Positions 1-9,197 of a stretch of 64,000 bases of DNA are shown in pieces. The notes under the pieces are model-generated. The model made no database searches. It was not told the origin of the DNA and saw only the letters and a program-made list of their open reading frames with translations. Made by a program: the position numbers and the translations under genes. Position 1 is the stretch's first letter, and each line of letters opens with the position of its first letter. Source of the stretch: an uncultured bacterium (lineage in GTDB: Bacteria; Oederibacteriota; JAAXVQ01; JAUVAV01); contig CAVQBK010000003.1 of NCBI GenBank assembly GCA_963710755.1, positions 544,001 through 608,000 of the forward strand. Direction: 5' to 3'.

Positions 1-452
1 GCATCCTGCGAGAAATATTGTATTTTACGCCACAAGGCCGAGGCACGGATTTTAATCCGGCCCTGGAATATTTAAATGAGATTATCAAGCGGCGCAGCAT
101 TGTATTTCTGATCTCCGATTTTCACACCACAGGCTACGACAAAGCCCTGGCCATTACCAACCGGCGTCATGATGTGATTGCCATGGAAGTGCGGGATCCG
201 GCGGAGGGAAAACTGCCGGCGACCATTCCTTTTCTGGAAGTGGAAGACCTGGAAACCGGTGAAGCCCGGCTGATTCCTACGGGCCACAAAGCTTACCAAC
301 AGGCCTATGCCCGTTATCAACAGGAGGCCAGACAAAAGCGCGAAGAGATGCTAAAGAAGATTAAGGTGGACAGAATTGATCTGCGTACAGACCAGTCGTA
401 CGTAGAACCGTTGCTGCAGTTTTTCAGGATGCGGGCCAGACGTTTTCATTAA
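1..452 (+). CDS. DUF58-family (MoxR-associated, VWA-like) protein, 5'-truncated at the window edge
   Basis: Reading frame is open from the window start. It has the GTDF..AL, IVFLISDF, HDVIA..V.DP.E and DLETGE motifs typical of the DUF58 C-terminus and lies upstream of bat genes. Confidence 0.85.
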   Translation, partial: ILREILYFTPQGRGTDFNPALEYLNEIIKRRSIVFLISDFHTTGYDKALAITNRRHDVIAMEVRDPAEGKLPATIPFLEVEDLETGEARLIPTGHKAYQQAYARYQQEARQKREEMLKKIKVDRIDLRTDQSYVEPLLQFFRMRARRFH

Positions 453-477
453 GCCCTCTTGGGCAGGGAGGAATAAG

Positions 478-1551
478 TTGACCAGAAGGAACCGGCTGAG
501 GGACACAAAGCTGAAAAAAAACGGACCTGTTTTAGCAGGCCTGCTGGTGATGATGCTGACACTAAGTGCCCCTGTCTGGGCGGTGCGGGTGGAAGCAGGC
601 CGTTCCCAGGCTGCCGCCACGCCGGATGCTACGGCAACCACATCCGCGCCGATGCCGCTCTCCGTGGTATATCATCCGGTTACTAAAAATCCGAAAATCG
701 GCGAGCCCTTTGTGGTGCAGGTCGTGATGACCTTAATGGCGGATGTACAGTTGGCGCCTATTAAGTACCAAGGACAGCTGGGGGACTGGGAAGTGCTCAG
801 GGTCAACACTGGTACGGTGCAGCCTGAAGGCCGCTTGGGCCGCCGGGTGGATGAATTAACCTTGATGACTTATTTGCCGGGCTCGGTCGAGTTGCCGGCT
901 TTGCCCTTTGGATTTGAGCAAGACGGGCGCAAAGGGGAATACCGGCCGCTGCCGCTGACTATTAAAGTGGACGGCTTACCCATGAAAAAAGGGGATCAAC
1001 CGGGAAAACTACGCGGCTTGAAACCCGTACTGGCTATGATCTCCTGGTGGGTGGTGGGGCTGATAGCCTTGGGCGTCCTGCTTCTGGCTGCGGGGTTATG
1101 GTGGTGGCTCAAGCGGCAAGGGTTGATTCCCGAACGTCCCAGTGGTCCGCCGCCTTTGCCGCCCGAGGAGATGGCCCGACAGAGGCTGTTGCAATTGCAG
1201 CAGTCGGCCTTGGCAGCCCAACGTCAGGACAAATTGTATTACAGTCAATTGACCGATATTTTGCGGCGCTATCTGGAAGGCCGTTATCATATCAATGCCG
1301 TAGACCGCACCACCCACGAATTGTCGCGGGAACTTAAACAAACATCCTGCCCCCGGCTGGCATCAGTCAAAGTTATGGAGCTGTTGGCCTTTAGCGACTT
1401 GGTTAAATTTGCCAAGGCCGCGGCTGAAGCCAAAGACCTCACTGACCATTGGCAGTGGGTATGGGATTTTGTGCAGAGCACCACGCCAGTGACCACGGAA
1501 GAAACCGGCCTCAAGACCAACCTGCAGGTTAAACCAGGGCCGGGTAACTAA
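478..1551 (+). CDS. Bat-operon membrane protein (signal peptide, Ig-like domain, TM helix, C-terminal YYSQLTDILRRYLE domain)
   Basis: ORF track; TTG start after GGGAGGA. Architecture is typical of the gene between DUF58 and batA. Confidence 0.75.
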   Translation: MTRRNRLRDTKLKKNGPVLAGLLVMMLTLSAPVWAVRVEAGRSQAAATPDATATTSAPMPLSVVYHPVTKNPKIGEPFVVQVVMTLMADVQLAPIKYQGQLGDWEVLRVNTGTVQPEGRLGRRVDELTLMTYLPGSVELPALPFGFEQDGRKGEYRPLPLTIKVDGLPMKKGDQPGKLRGLKPVLAMISWWVVGLIALGVLLLAAGLWWWLKRQGLIPERPSGPPPLPPEEMARQRLLQLQQSALAAQRQDKLYYSQLTDILRRYLEGRYHINAVDRTTHELSRELKQTSCPRLASVKVMELLAFSDLVKFAKAAAEAKDLTDHWQWVWDFVQSTTPVTTEETGLKTNLQVKPGPGN

Positions 1552-1568
1552 AGGAAGTTGAGGAAGGC

Positions 1569-2564
1569 ATGATCCATTTTGCAAATCCAGGATGGTTATG
1601 GTTGTTGCTCCCTGTAGCTGCGTTGGGGGTGTTGTTGTGGTGGCGCATCCGCCATCCCCGGGGAGTGGGCTATCCCTCCCTGCAGGGAATTAACCAGGTC
1701 TGGCCCAGGCCTTGGTTGGGTCCGGATGAATGGTTCGGCCTGGCGGTGCTGCTGGGTTTGTGCCTGGCCGTGGTGGCCATGGCCAGGCCGCAACACGGGT
1801 TGAAAACAGATCAAATCTCAGGTAAAGGCGTGGATATCATCCTTTGCCTGGACACGTCCGGATCCATGCGTTCCATTGACTTTAAACCGCAAAACCGCTT
1901 GGGTGCGGCCAAGGAAGTGGCCCGGCAATTTATTGAGAAACGGCCTCATGACCGCATCGGGTTGGTGGTATTTGGCGGTACGGCCCTGACTATCTGTCCT
2001 TTAACCTCAGACAAGCGGGCCCTGTTGGATTTGCTCAATCAGGTTGAAATTGATATGACCGGTGTCGATGGCACTGCCGTTGGCATGGCCCTGGCCACAG
2101 CCGCGGACCGGCTGCGAGAATCCAAAGCTGCCAGCAAGGTGATCCTGCTGCTCACGGACGGGCGCAACAATGTGGGGGCTATTGATCCCATTACTGCGGC
2201 CAAGGCCGCAGCTGCTTTGGGTATAAAAATTTATGCGGTTGGCGCCGGCTCCACCGAAGGCGGCGTTATTCCGGTCCAGGATCCGGTATTCGGCACCCGG
2301 TATATGAAAACTGAGGATGATCTGGACGAGAATACCTTGCGCCAGGTGGCAGGGGCCACACCGGGCGGCGATTATTTCCGGGCCAAAAATCTTCAAGGGT
2401 TACAACGGGTGTTTGACAGGATTAATCGTTTGGAAAAGAGTGATTACAAGATCGTGTCCTTTACCAATTATCAGGACCGTTATTTTCCATGGTTGTTGAC
2501 AGCCTGGCTCCTGCTGGGGTTGGCGGTGTTGTTACGTTACACCTTGTGGCGGCGGTTGCCGTAG
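1569..2564 (+). CDS. batA: BatA VWA-domain membrane protein
   Basis: N-terminal FANPGWLWLL BatA motif, ARPQ, MIDAS DTSGSM, LLTDGRNN and a C-terminal TM helix. Confidence 0.9.
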   Translation: MIHFANPGWLWLLLPVAALGVLLWWRIRHPRGVGYPSLQGINQVWPRPWLGPDEWFGLAVLLGLCLAVVAMARPQHGLKTDQISGKGVDIILCLDTSGSMRSIDFKPQNRLGAAKEVARQFIEKRPHDRIGLVVFGGTALTICPLTSDKRALLDLLNQVEIDMTGVDGTAVGMALATAADRLRESKAASKVILLLTDGRNNVGAIDPITAAKAAAALGIKIYAVGAGSTEGGVIPVQDPVFGTRYMKTEDDLDENTLRQVAGATPGGDYFRAKNLQGLQRVFDRINRLEKSDYKIVSFTNYQDRYFPWLLTAWLLLGLAVLLRYTLWRRLP

Positions 2565-2731
2565 GATAGGACCACGAGCACTGTATTGCCCATGGTTTGG
2601 AGCAATTGAGAGTAGCTGGTTCTTGTTGTAAAAAGACTCTATTGAGAACAAGAACGAGATTATAGACGGAACAGCTCAAATGGTCCGACCTTAATATTCT
2701 GCAGCTTGCTGCAGAGAAATTTACTGAGGTA

Positions 2732-4531
2732 ATGCCCATGCAGTTTTCACAGCCTTTATTCATTTATATCAGCTTGCTGCTGGTGCCCATAATGATTGCA
2801 CTTGTATTCTGGCTGACCTGGCAGCGCCGCCGGGATTATCAGGCTCTGGGGCATCAGACCATGGTGAGCAAGCTGTTGTCGTCTTTTCCCAAAATCAGGC
2901 GGGGACTGAAGGCATTACTCCTCATGTCCGGCCTGCTACTTATGGCCCTGGCCCTGGCCGGGCCCCAGTACGGCACCAAAATGGTGGAGGTTCATCGTCA
3001 AGGGGTGGAGATTGTGATTGCACTGGATGTGTCCAAATCCATGCTGGCTGAAGATATAAAGCCCAATAGGCTGGAACGGGCCAAGCAGGAATTGCAGGCT
3101 TTGATTGATCAATTGCAGGGCGACCGGGTGGGCGTGGTGGCTTTTGCCGGCCAGGCGATTATGGCCTGTCCCTTGACCACGGATTATGATGCCGCCAAAA
3201 TGTTCCTTAGCTACCTGCGGCCGGAACAGATCCCCGTGCCCGGCACCAACCTAAGCCAGGCGATGAGCACGGCTGAGACCATGTATAGTCCGGCTACAGA
3301 AGGCTACCGGGTTCTGGTGTTGCTGACGGACGGGGAAGATCATAGTCAACAGCTAATGCAGCAAACAGAGGCCATGAAAAAAGCTGGCATCAAATTGCTG
3401 TGTATTGGTTTCGGCTCCACCACCGGGGAGCCAATTCCCCTTAAAAATGATCAAGGTGCGGTGGTTGGTTATGTTAAGGACGACCAAGGTAAAACCGTGG
3501 TCAGCCGGCTCGACCAGGCTACCCTTCAGAAAATCACAGCTATGACCAAAGGCGTTTATCTGCCGGCCCAACAGGGGCAGGTGGAGGCGGATGTGTTGGC
3601 GGCCAAGATTGACCAGATGCAGAAGCGGGCCATCTCTTCCGGGCAGTATGGGGCCGGCGAAGACCGCTTTCAGTTTTTATTATTGCCGGCGCTGGTTCTG
3701 ATCATGCTGGGGTTATGGGTCCCGCTTAAAAAGCATTCCTGGCTTTTATTACTGATGCTGATGTGGGGCGTCCCTTCCCTGCTGATGGCGGGTACCGCGG
3801 AAAAAGTGAACGAAGGCAACCATGCCTACAAGCAAGGCCATTTTGACCGGGCCTTGAATCGTTACCGTGACGCCCAGATGGCCAGCCCGGATAACAACAT
3901 CGTCAATTACAATCTGGGCAATGCCTTGCAGCAAAAAGAGGATTATGAGGAAGCGGAGAAGGTCTATCGCAAGGCACTACAGGGCAAGAATAAGAAATTT
4001 CAAGCCAAGGTCCATTACAACCTGGGCAATGATTACTTTGCCCAGAAAAAATACCGCGAAGCAGTTGATCAGTATAAGCAAACTTTGAAACTCGATCCCA
4101 AGGATGAAGATGCCTTGTATAATCTGGCCCAGACCCTGTTGGTCATGAAACATCCTGAGCTGCAGCAAAAGCAAAAGAGTAAGCAGCAGGGTAAACAACA
4201 AGACCAGCAACAATCATCTCCCTCCCAAACCGCCAAGGCCCAGGATCAGCAGGCTCATGACAAAAAGACCGGCAAAACTCAGGCCAAGCAAGATAAACAG
4301 CAGCCGCCTACTAAAGGACCAGATGACAAAGGGGAGCAGAAGGCGGATAAACAAGCGCAGGACCAAGGCCAGCAGCAGGAGACAACGCGATTGCCCAAGC
4401 CCGGAGAGATGAGTCAGGAAGACGCGAAAAACTTGCTTGATTCCATCCGCGAAACAGAACAGCAAGCCCAGCAACAGCGGCTGAACAAAAATCACCAGCA
4501 AGTCAGGCCAAAAGGTCAGCCGGATTGGTAA
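2732..4531 (+). CDS. batB: BatB-BatC fusion (VWA domain, TPR repeats, Q/K-rich linker, terminal DW)
   Basis: DVSKSM MIDAS and LLTDGEDH motifs, then TPRs (YNLGN), a Gln-rich stretch and MSQEDAKNLL...DW as in BatC. Confidence 0.85.
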   Translation: MPMQFSQPLFIYISLLLVPIMIALVFWLTWQRRRDYQALGHQTMVSKLLSSFPKIRRGLKALLLMSGLLLMALALAGPQYGTKMVEVHRQGVEIVIALDVSKSMLAEDIKPNRLERAKQELQALIDQLQGDRVGVVAFAGQAIMACPLTTDYDAAKMFLSYLRPEQIPVPGTNLSQAMSTAETMYSPATEGYRVLVLLTDGEDHSQQLMQQTEAMKKAGIKLLCIGFGSTTGEPIPLKNDQGAVVGYVKDDQGKTVVSRLDQATLQKITAMTKGVYLPAQQGQVEADVLAAKIDQMQKRAISSGQYGAGEDRFQFLLLPALVLIMLGLWVPLKKHSWLLLLMLMWGVPSLLMAGTAEKVNEGNHAYKQGHFDRALNRYRDAQMASPDNNIVNYNLGNALQQKEDYEEAEKVYRKALQGKNKKFQAKVHYNLGNDYFAQKKYREAVDQYKQTLKLDPKDEDALYNLAQTLLVMKHPELQQKQKSKQQGKQQDQQQSSPSQTAKAQDQQAHDKKTGKTQAKQDKQQPPTKGPDDKGEQKADKQAQDQGQQQETTRLPKPGEMSQEDAKNLLDSIRETEQQAQQQRLNKNHQQVRPKGQPDW

Positions 4532-4694
4532 GCAGGCTTTGTAAAAGCGTTGACCCCGGCCCCGGCCTGTGCGTTATAATGGGCGCTTTCAGCAGCAGGG
4601 CTGCCTTCGACCCAAAAGCATTGGGTATAAGGCATGATCCCAAAGTGTTGCCATTGGAAAGACGTACTTGCAAGCGTATTATGGAGATCAAAGG

Positions 4695-6584
4695 ATGAAG
4701 ATGTTTACAGCGCAGCGGAATCTAACAGTGATCATAGGCATTGTCGCAACGGGTTTGTGGCTGGGTTGGGCAGGCGCTCAAGACCTGGCCATTACCGCCC
4801 GAGTGACGCCTCAACAGGGTGTGGTGGGCCAGCAATTGCGACTGGTCGTGCAGATTGAAGGCAAAACCAACGTACGCGGGGAACCTAAGCTGCCCACTTT
4901 ACCGGCATTTCAGGTTTATGGCGGCGGCCGGTCATCCAATTTTTCTTTTATTAATGGTCAAGTCTCCTCGTCTTTATCATTTACTTATATATTGGTCCCG
5001 CAAAAAGCAGGTCAATTTACGCTGGGGCCCATCACCATAGAGCAGGATCATAAAATTTACAGCACCGCGCCCATCACCCTGAGCATTAGTTCCGGGCAAA
5101 CCCAAGCTGCACCGCCGCCAACACTGAACCAGCCCGGTTCGGCGGGAAGACAACAAGGTACGCTGCCGCCAGGTACCACGCACGAATCCAGAACCGAACC
5201 GCTGTTTATCACCACCAGTGTGGATAAAAAAAAGGTTTATGTCAATGAAGCCGTGACTCTGAGTTTTAAATTTTTCCGGCGCGTGCCTATCCTCAGCCAA
5301 CCCCAATACCAACCGCCTGTGACCAACGGATTTTGGTCAGAGGACTTGCCCCCGCAAAAAAATTATGTGGTCAATATCAAAGGCTTCGACTATGAAGTCA
5401 CGGAAATTCAGAGCGCTTTATTCCCTACCACGACCGGCCAGCTGACCATATCACCGGCCACGGTGGTGGCCGCGGTACAAGCCTCCGGACAGCGCAGCGG
5501 CGATCCTTTCGGAGATGAATTTTTTGGCAACTTCTTTAACCGTGCTCAGCAGGTGCAGTTGAAATCCAAACCAATAACAATCACGGTCAAACCTCTGCCC
5601 ACCCAGGCGCGGCCGCGGGATTTTACGGGCACAGTGGGGCAATGGTCCATGTCCGCTAAACTGGATCGCAAGCAGGCCAAAGTAGGCGACGCCGTTACCT
5701 TGGAAGTGCGGATATTCGGCGAAGGTAACATCATGGCTGTCGGAAAACCGCAATTGCCGGAGTTGACGGGATTTAAAACTTACGAGACCGTGTCTTCTTC
5801 GGAAGTGCAAAAACACCAGGGCAAAGTGAAGGGTGTCAAAATATATCGTACCCTGCTTAGACCTCAAGTTACGGGAACCTTGACCATTCCCCAAATATCC
5901 TACAGTTATTTTAATCCCGGCCAGGAAAAATTTGAGCGTATCACCGTGCCGCCCCTTAGCCTGGAGGTTGCGCCGGGAGAACAAAAAACGCTGCTCCCGG
6001 GCACTGCTGCTGCCCTCGGCCGGGGCGAACCCACAGGGCCAGGGGTCAAGGTGATTTCCAAAGACATCCGGTATTTAAAAACCGACTTCAAACTCATAAA
6101 AAGGGATAGGTCACCATGGCTGCTGATATGGATCATGGGCTTCGGAGTACCACCGCTGCTACTGCTGGGATTGTGGGCCTGGCAGGCCCGGCAGGTGCGG
6201 CTGGCCAATGATCCCAGGTATGCGCGCAAGTTAAGCGCTGATAAAAGTGCCCGCAAGGTATTTAAACAAGCCCAACAGGCTTGGCATAAAAAGGATACCA
6301 AAGGATTCTATACCCACTTGGCCGCTGCCCTGACCGGCTATTTGGCAGATCAACTGGGTTATTCCCGCTCCGGTATTACCCAGCGTGAATTGCTGCAACA
6401 ATTGAAAGACCGCCAAGTGGACGCGGATATTAGAGAGCGTCTCACGACTTTGCTGGATGAATGCGATTATGCCCGCTTTGCACCTGGCCAAGGAGATGCC
6501 CGGGAAATGGAAGAACATTTACAACAGGCGCAGCAATTGCTCCGCATATTTATGAAAGCATTAAGCCAGGAGAAAAAGGCATGA
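4695..6584 (+). CDS. batD: BatD-family protein
   Basis: SSNFSFING, F.GTVGQ and GEGN motifs; C-terminal TM helix and CDYARFAP. ATG at 4695 follows GGAG/AAGG. Confidence 0.88.
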   Translation: MKMFTAQRNLTVIIGIVATGLWLGWAGAQDLAITARVTPQQGVVGQQLRLVVQIEGKTNVRGEPKLPTLPAFQVYGGGRSSNFSFINGQVSSSLSFTYILVPQKAGQFTLGPITIEQDHKIYSTAPITLSISSGQTQAAPPPTLNQPGSAGRQQGTLPPGTTHESRTEPLFITTSVDKKKVYVNEAVTLSFKFFRRVPILSQPQYQPPVTNGFWSEDLPPQKNYVVNIKGFDYEVTEIQSALFPTTTGQLTISPATVVAAVQASGQRSGDPFGDEFFGNFFNRAQQVQLKSKPITITVKPLPTQARPRDFTGTVGQWSMSAKLDRKQAKVGDAVTLEVRIFGEGNIMAVGKPQLPELTGFKTYETVSSSEVQKHQGKVKGVKIYRTLLRPQVTGTLTIPQISYSYFNPGQEKFERITVPPLSLEVAPGEQKTLLPGTAAALGRGEPTGPGVKVISKDIRYLKTDFKLIKRDRSPWLLIWIMGFGVPPLLLLGLWAWQARQVRLANDPRYARKLSADKSARKVFKQAQQAWHKKDTKGFYTHLAAALTGYLADQLGYSRSGITQRELLQQLKDRQVDADIRERLTTLLDECDYARFAPGQGDAREMEEHLQQAQQLLRIFMKALSQEKKA

Positions 6585-7336
6585 AGAAAATTTTTACGGT
6601 CTTGGGATTAGCCTGGGTGCTCTTTTGGCCGATAATAGGAGTGGCCAACGATGACAGCAACTTACTCCGCGCTGCCCGCAGTGCCTATGACAACGGCCAG
6701 TTTGACCAGGCTATTGCTGATTACCAACAGCTTCTGGAAAAGGGCTATGACAATGGCGCGCTCTACTATAATGCCGGCAATGCAGCCCTAAAGGCAGGCC
6801 ATTTGGGGGAAGCCGTGGGATTTTATCGCCGGGCCTCTCAGCGTTTGCCTTGGGATGAGGATGTGGAGCACAATTTGGAATTTGCCCGGAGCCTGGTAAA
6901 ACAACCGCCGGTCAAGTCCGGACCGTTTGACGTTTTAATTAACAAAGTGTTTATTAAATTCCGTCCGGTCCAGCTGATGTTCCTGGCGCTGGCGGTTTAT
7001 ATCCTGCTGCTGCTCAGCCTCGGTTTTTTAATTTTAACCAGGCGGCATCATGCCGCCTGGAGCTGGACAGCCTCAGCCGTGGGTCTGATGTTTGTCGTGC
7101 TGGCCGTTCTGGCCTCCATGCGCATTTTGATCGCCAAGCAGGTCAAATGGGCGGTGGTCATTAGCAGCCAGGCCGAAGCACGCAATGGACCGGCCCAGGA
7201 TTACCAGGTGGGCTTTACCATTCCCGAGGGCAGGGAAGTGCGCGTGCTCGGCCAGGAAGGCGATTGGCGGGCTGTAGGTCTGCCCCAGGAAGGCTACAAG
7301 GGATGGGTGAAAGCCAAAGAACTGTGGGAAGAGTAA
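6581..7336 (+). CDS. batE: BatE (TPR, TM helices, SH3-like domain)
   Basis: LYYNAGNA TPR, two TM helices and a C-terminal GP...PEG..V....GWV SH3b-like domain. ATGA overlap with batD. Confidence 0.85.
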   Translation: MKKIFTVLGLAWVLFWPIIGVANDDSNLLRAARSAYDNGQFDQAIADYQQLLEKGYDNGALYYNAGNAALKAGHLGEAVGFYRRASQRLPWDEDVEHNLEFARSLVKQPPVKSGPFDVLINKVFIKFRPVQLMFLALAVYILLLLSLGFLILTRRHHAAWSWTASAVGLMFVVLAVLASMRILIAKQVKWAVVISSQAEARNGPAQDYQVGFTIPEGREVRVLGQEGDWRAVGLPQEGYKGWVKAKELWEE

Positions 7337-7400
7337 TCCAAGAAGTCCGGGAAGGGTAAGACAGCCTTGATGATGACCCGGGGAGAGGATTGACAGACTG

Positions 7401-8243
7401 ATGGTTAAATGGATTTCAGTAATGGCGCTTAGCGTGATGATCTTTCCCCTGGCCGTGCAAGCCGACAACTTGATACGGATTAATGAACCCGCGCAGGTGG
7501 TTAAAGGCCAAACTTTTGAAGATGTAGTGGTCATTAACAGCAATGCCGAGGTAAACGGCCGCATCACCGGCAATCTCGTGGTATTGCATGGCAATGCCGA
7601 TTTGGACAACACGGCTTATATTGGCGGGGACGTGATTTGTCTGGCCGGCTTGATCAAAGCACAACCAGGTGCCATGGTGGTCGGCTCTAAAGTTCAGATC
7701 GGCGGGATTATTGGTTGGAATGCCCTGCCTTTTTTTTCCATAGGCAAGTTACTGTTGTTGGGCTTTATGCTGAAATTGGTGACGGCGGTGATTTTGCTGG
7801 GATTAAGCATCTTTATGGTGCTCATGTGGCCTCATCAGATTGCCTATGCCGCAGAGGAAGCTTCCCAGGATTTGGTCAAAGCCAGTCTGGTGGGGGTGCT
7901 GGCTATTTCCATCTTGATACCCCTTAGTGTTGGTTTTGCTATTACCCTCTTTGGGTTGCCCATTTCCCTGGCCATTGCGGTTTTTTTACTGGTAGCCTCC
8001 TGGTTTGGCATTGCCACTATTTCCTACCTGATCGGCACCAAGTTTTCTACCAAATTCTCACCACTTTTGGCCATTATTGTGGGGTTTGTGGTGTTGAAAT
8101 TCATTCATTTTGTGCCTTTTATTGGTTCTGCACTTTATTTTATCGCCATTTTGCCAGGATTGGGAGCGATTCTACTAACCCGTTTTGGTACCAATAAACC
8201 CTGGCTTAGCTCAGGCAGAGCCAAGCTCCCCAAAGCCAAATAA
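7401..8243 (+). CDS. Membrane protein with N-terminal polymer-forming/bactofilin-like beta-helix repeats
   Basis: Signal peptide, repeated V.G.V.GDV-type units, then multiple TM helices ending GLGAILLTRFG. Confidence 0.6.
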   Translation: MVKWISVMALSVMIFPLAVQADNLIRINEPAQVVKGQTFEDVVVINSNAEVNGRITGNLVVLHGNADLDNTAYIGGDVICLAGLIKAQPGAMVVGSKVQIGGIIGWNALPFFSIGKLLLLGFMLKLVTAVILLGLSIFMVLMWPHQIAYAAEEASQDLVKASLVGVLAISILIPLSVGFAITLFGLPISLAIAVFLLVASWFGIATISYLIGTKFSTKFSPLLAIIVGFVVLKFIHFVPFIGSALYFIAILPGLGAILLTRFGTNKPWLSSGRAKLPKAK

Positions 8244-8258
8244 GGCCGGCTTGTCCCA

Positions 8259-8804
8259 TTGCTACATTATAATATAGAAACACTTAAAAAATTCCTATCC
8301 TCGGTCCCTGGTTTGCTTCTGACCAGCGGGGCCAGCCTTTTCTTTTTCAGCCTTATGCAAATCAAGCTGCCGGTGACGGTGCTAGAACAGCTCATTCCTT
8401 TACAGCTTAGCTTTAACCCTCAAGCCGGCCAGGCCATTTTGTCGGCCTGGGGGGATTCCAACCGGCAGATCTTGCTTCAGTGGTTCTGGGTTGATTATTG
8501 TTTTCCTGTAAGTTATGGGCTTTTCCTTTTTGGACTTCTAAATCGGTTGTGGCGGGTGTTGGGGGAAAAACGGCCACGCTGGTTCTTGATGCTTTTAAGC
8601 CTGCCCTTGGCGGCCGCAGCTTGTGATTTTATCGAAAACAGCTTGCACATTGTGGCGCTTTTAAGTTACCCTAAGATGCTGCCAGCAGCCCTCTGGGGGG
8701 CTTCCCTGGCCGCAGCTGTCAAATGGGGCACTCTGAGCTTGGTGATCATGATGCTGCTCATGGGTCTCATCAATTCTTGGATGGGGGTAAAAGATCATGA
8801 ATAA
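8259..8804 (+). CDS. Hypothetical integral membrane protein
   Basis: ORF track; about four hydrophobic segments; D.CFP..Y and D.IEN motifs. Confidence 0.65.
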   Translation: MLHYNIETLKKFLSSVPGLLLTSGASLFFFSLMQIKLPVTVLEQLIPLQLSFNPQAGQAILSAWGDSNRQILLQWFWVDYCFPVSYGLFLFGLLNRLWRVLGEKRPRWFLMLLSLPLAAAACDFIENSLHIVALLSYPKMLPAALWGASLAAAVKWGTLSLVIMMLLMGLINSWMGVKDHE

Positions 8805-8964
8805 CAATACGGCATCAGGAACGTTTTATTTCATGGGCTTTATTGGGGCTGCCATCTATTTCGTCCAACATGCCGCCAACTTTTGGCAGGGTGTATTAGG
8901 TATTTTTCAGGCTTTGTTCTGGCCGGCTGTTATCATTTACCGTATTTTTCAATTTTTAGGTTAA
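8797..8964 (+). CDS. Small two-TM membrane protein, 55 aa (not in the ORF track)
   Basis: Translates as MNNNTASGTFYFMGFIGAAIYFVQHAANFWQGVLGIFQALFWPAVIIYRIFQFLG*. The start overlaps the upstream stop and follows GGGGG. Confidence 0.7.
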   Translation: MNNNTASGTFYFMGFIGAAIYFVQHAANFWQGVLGIFQALFWPAVIIYRIFQFLG

Positions 8965-9120
8965 AAACCGCCACCTAGACGAACCATCTGCTGCAATATT
9001 GAACGACCCGAAAAAAATCTGTCCAACAAGCTTCTTTTATCATTTTCCAATGCTCAATCCATGCTTCATCCGGGCTTTATCACCTCTGGGCAGGCAGCAA
9101 TTAGCCGTGGGCATTAGCAG

Positions 9121-9149
9121 TTGACAAGCCAACCTTGCTCTCGTATAGT
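9121..9149 (+). promoter_or_regulatory. Sigma-70 promoter for the citrate synthase-icd unit
   Basis: TTGACA-N17-TATAGT. Confidence 0.75.
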
Positions 9150-9197
9150 AAAACACTTTTAAATGCTGTGTCCATTGAAACGGCCAGGAGGTATGAA

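Noticed and set aside
4550-4580. TTGACC...TATAAT internal promoter before batD
   Set aside because: The spacer is 19 nt with no extended -10 element; plausible but too weak to list as a feature.
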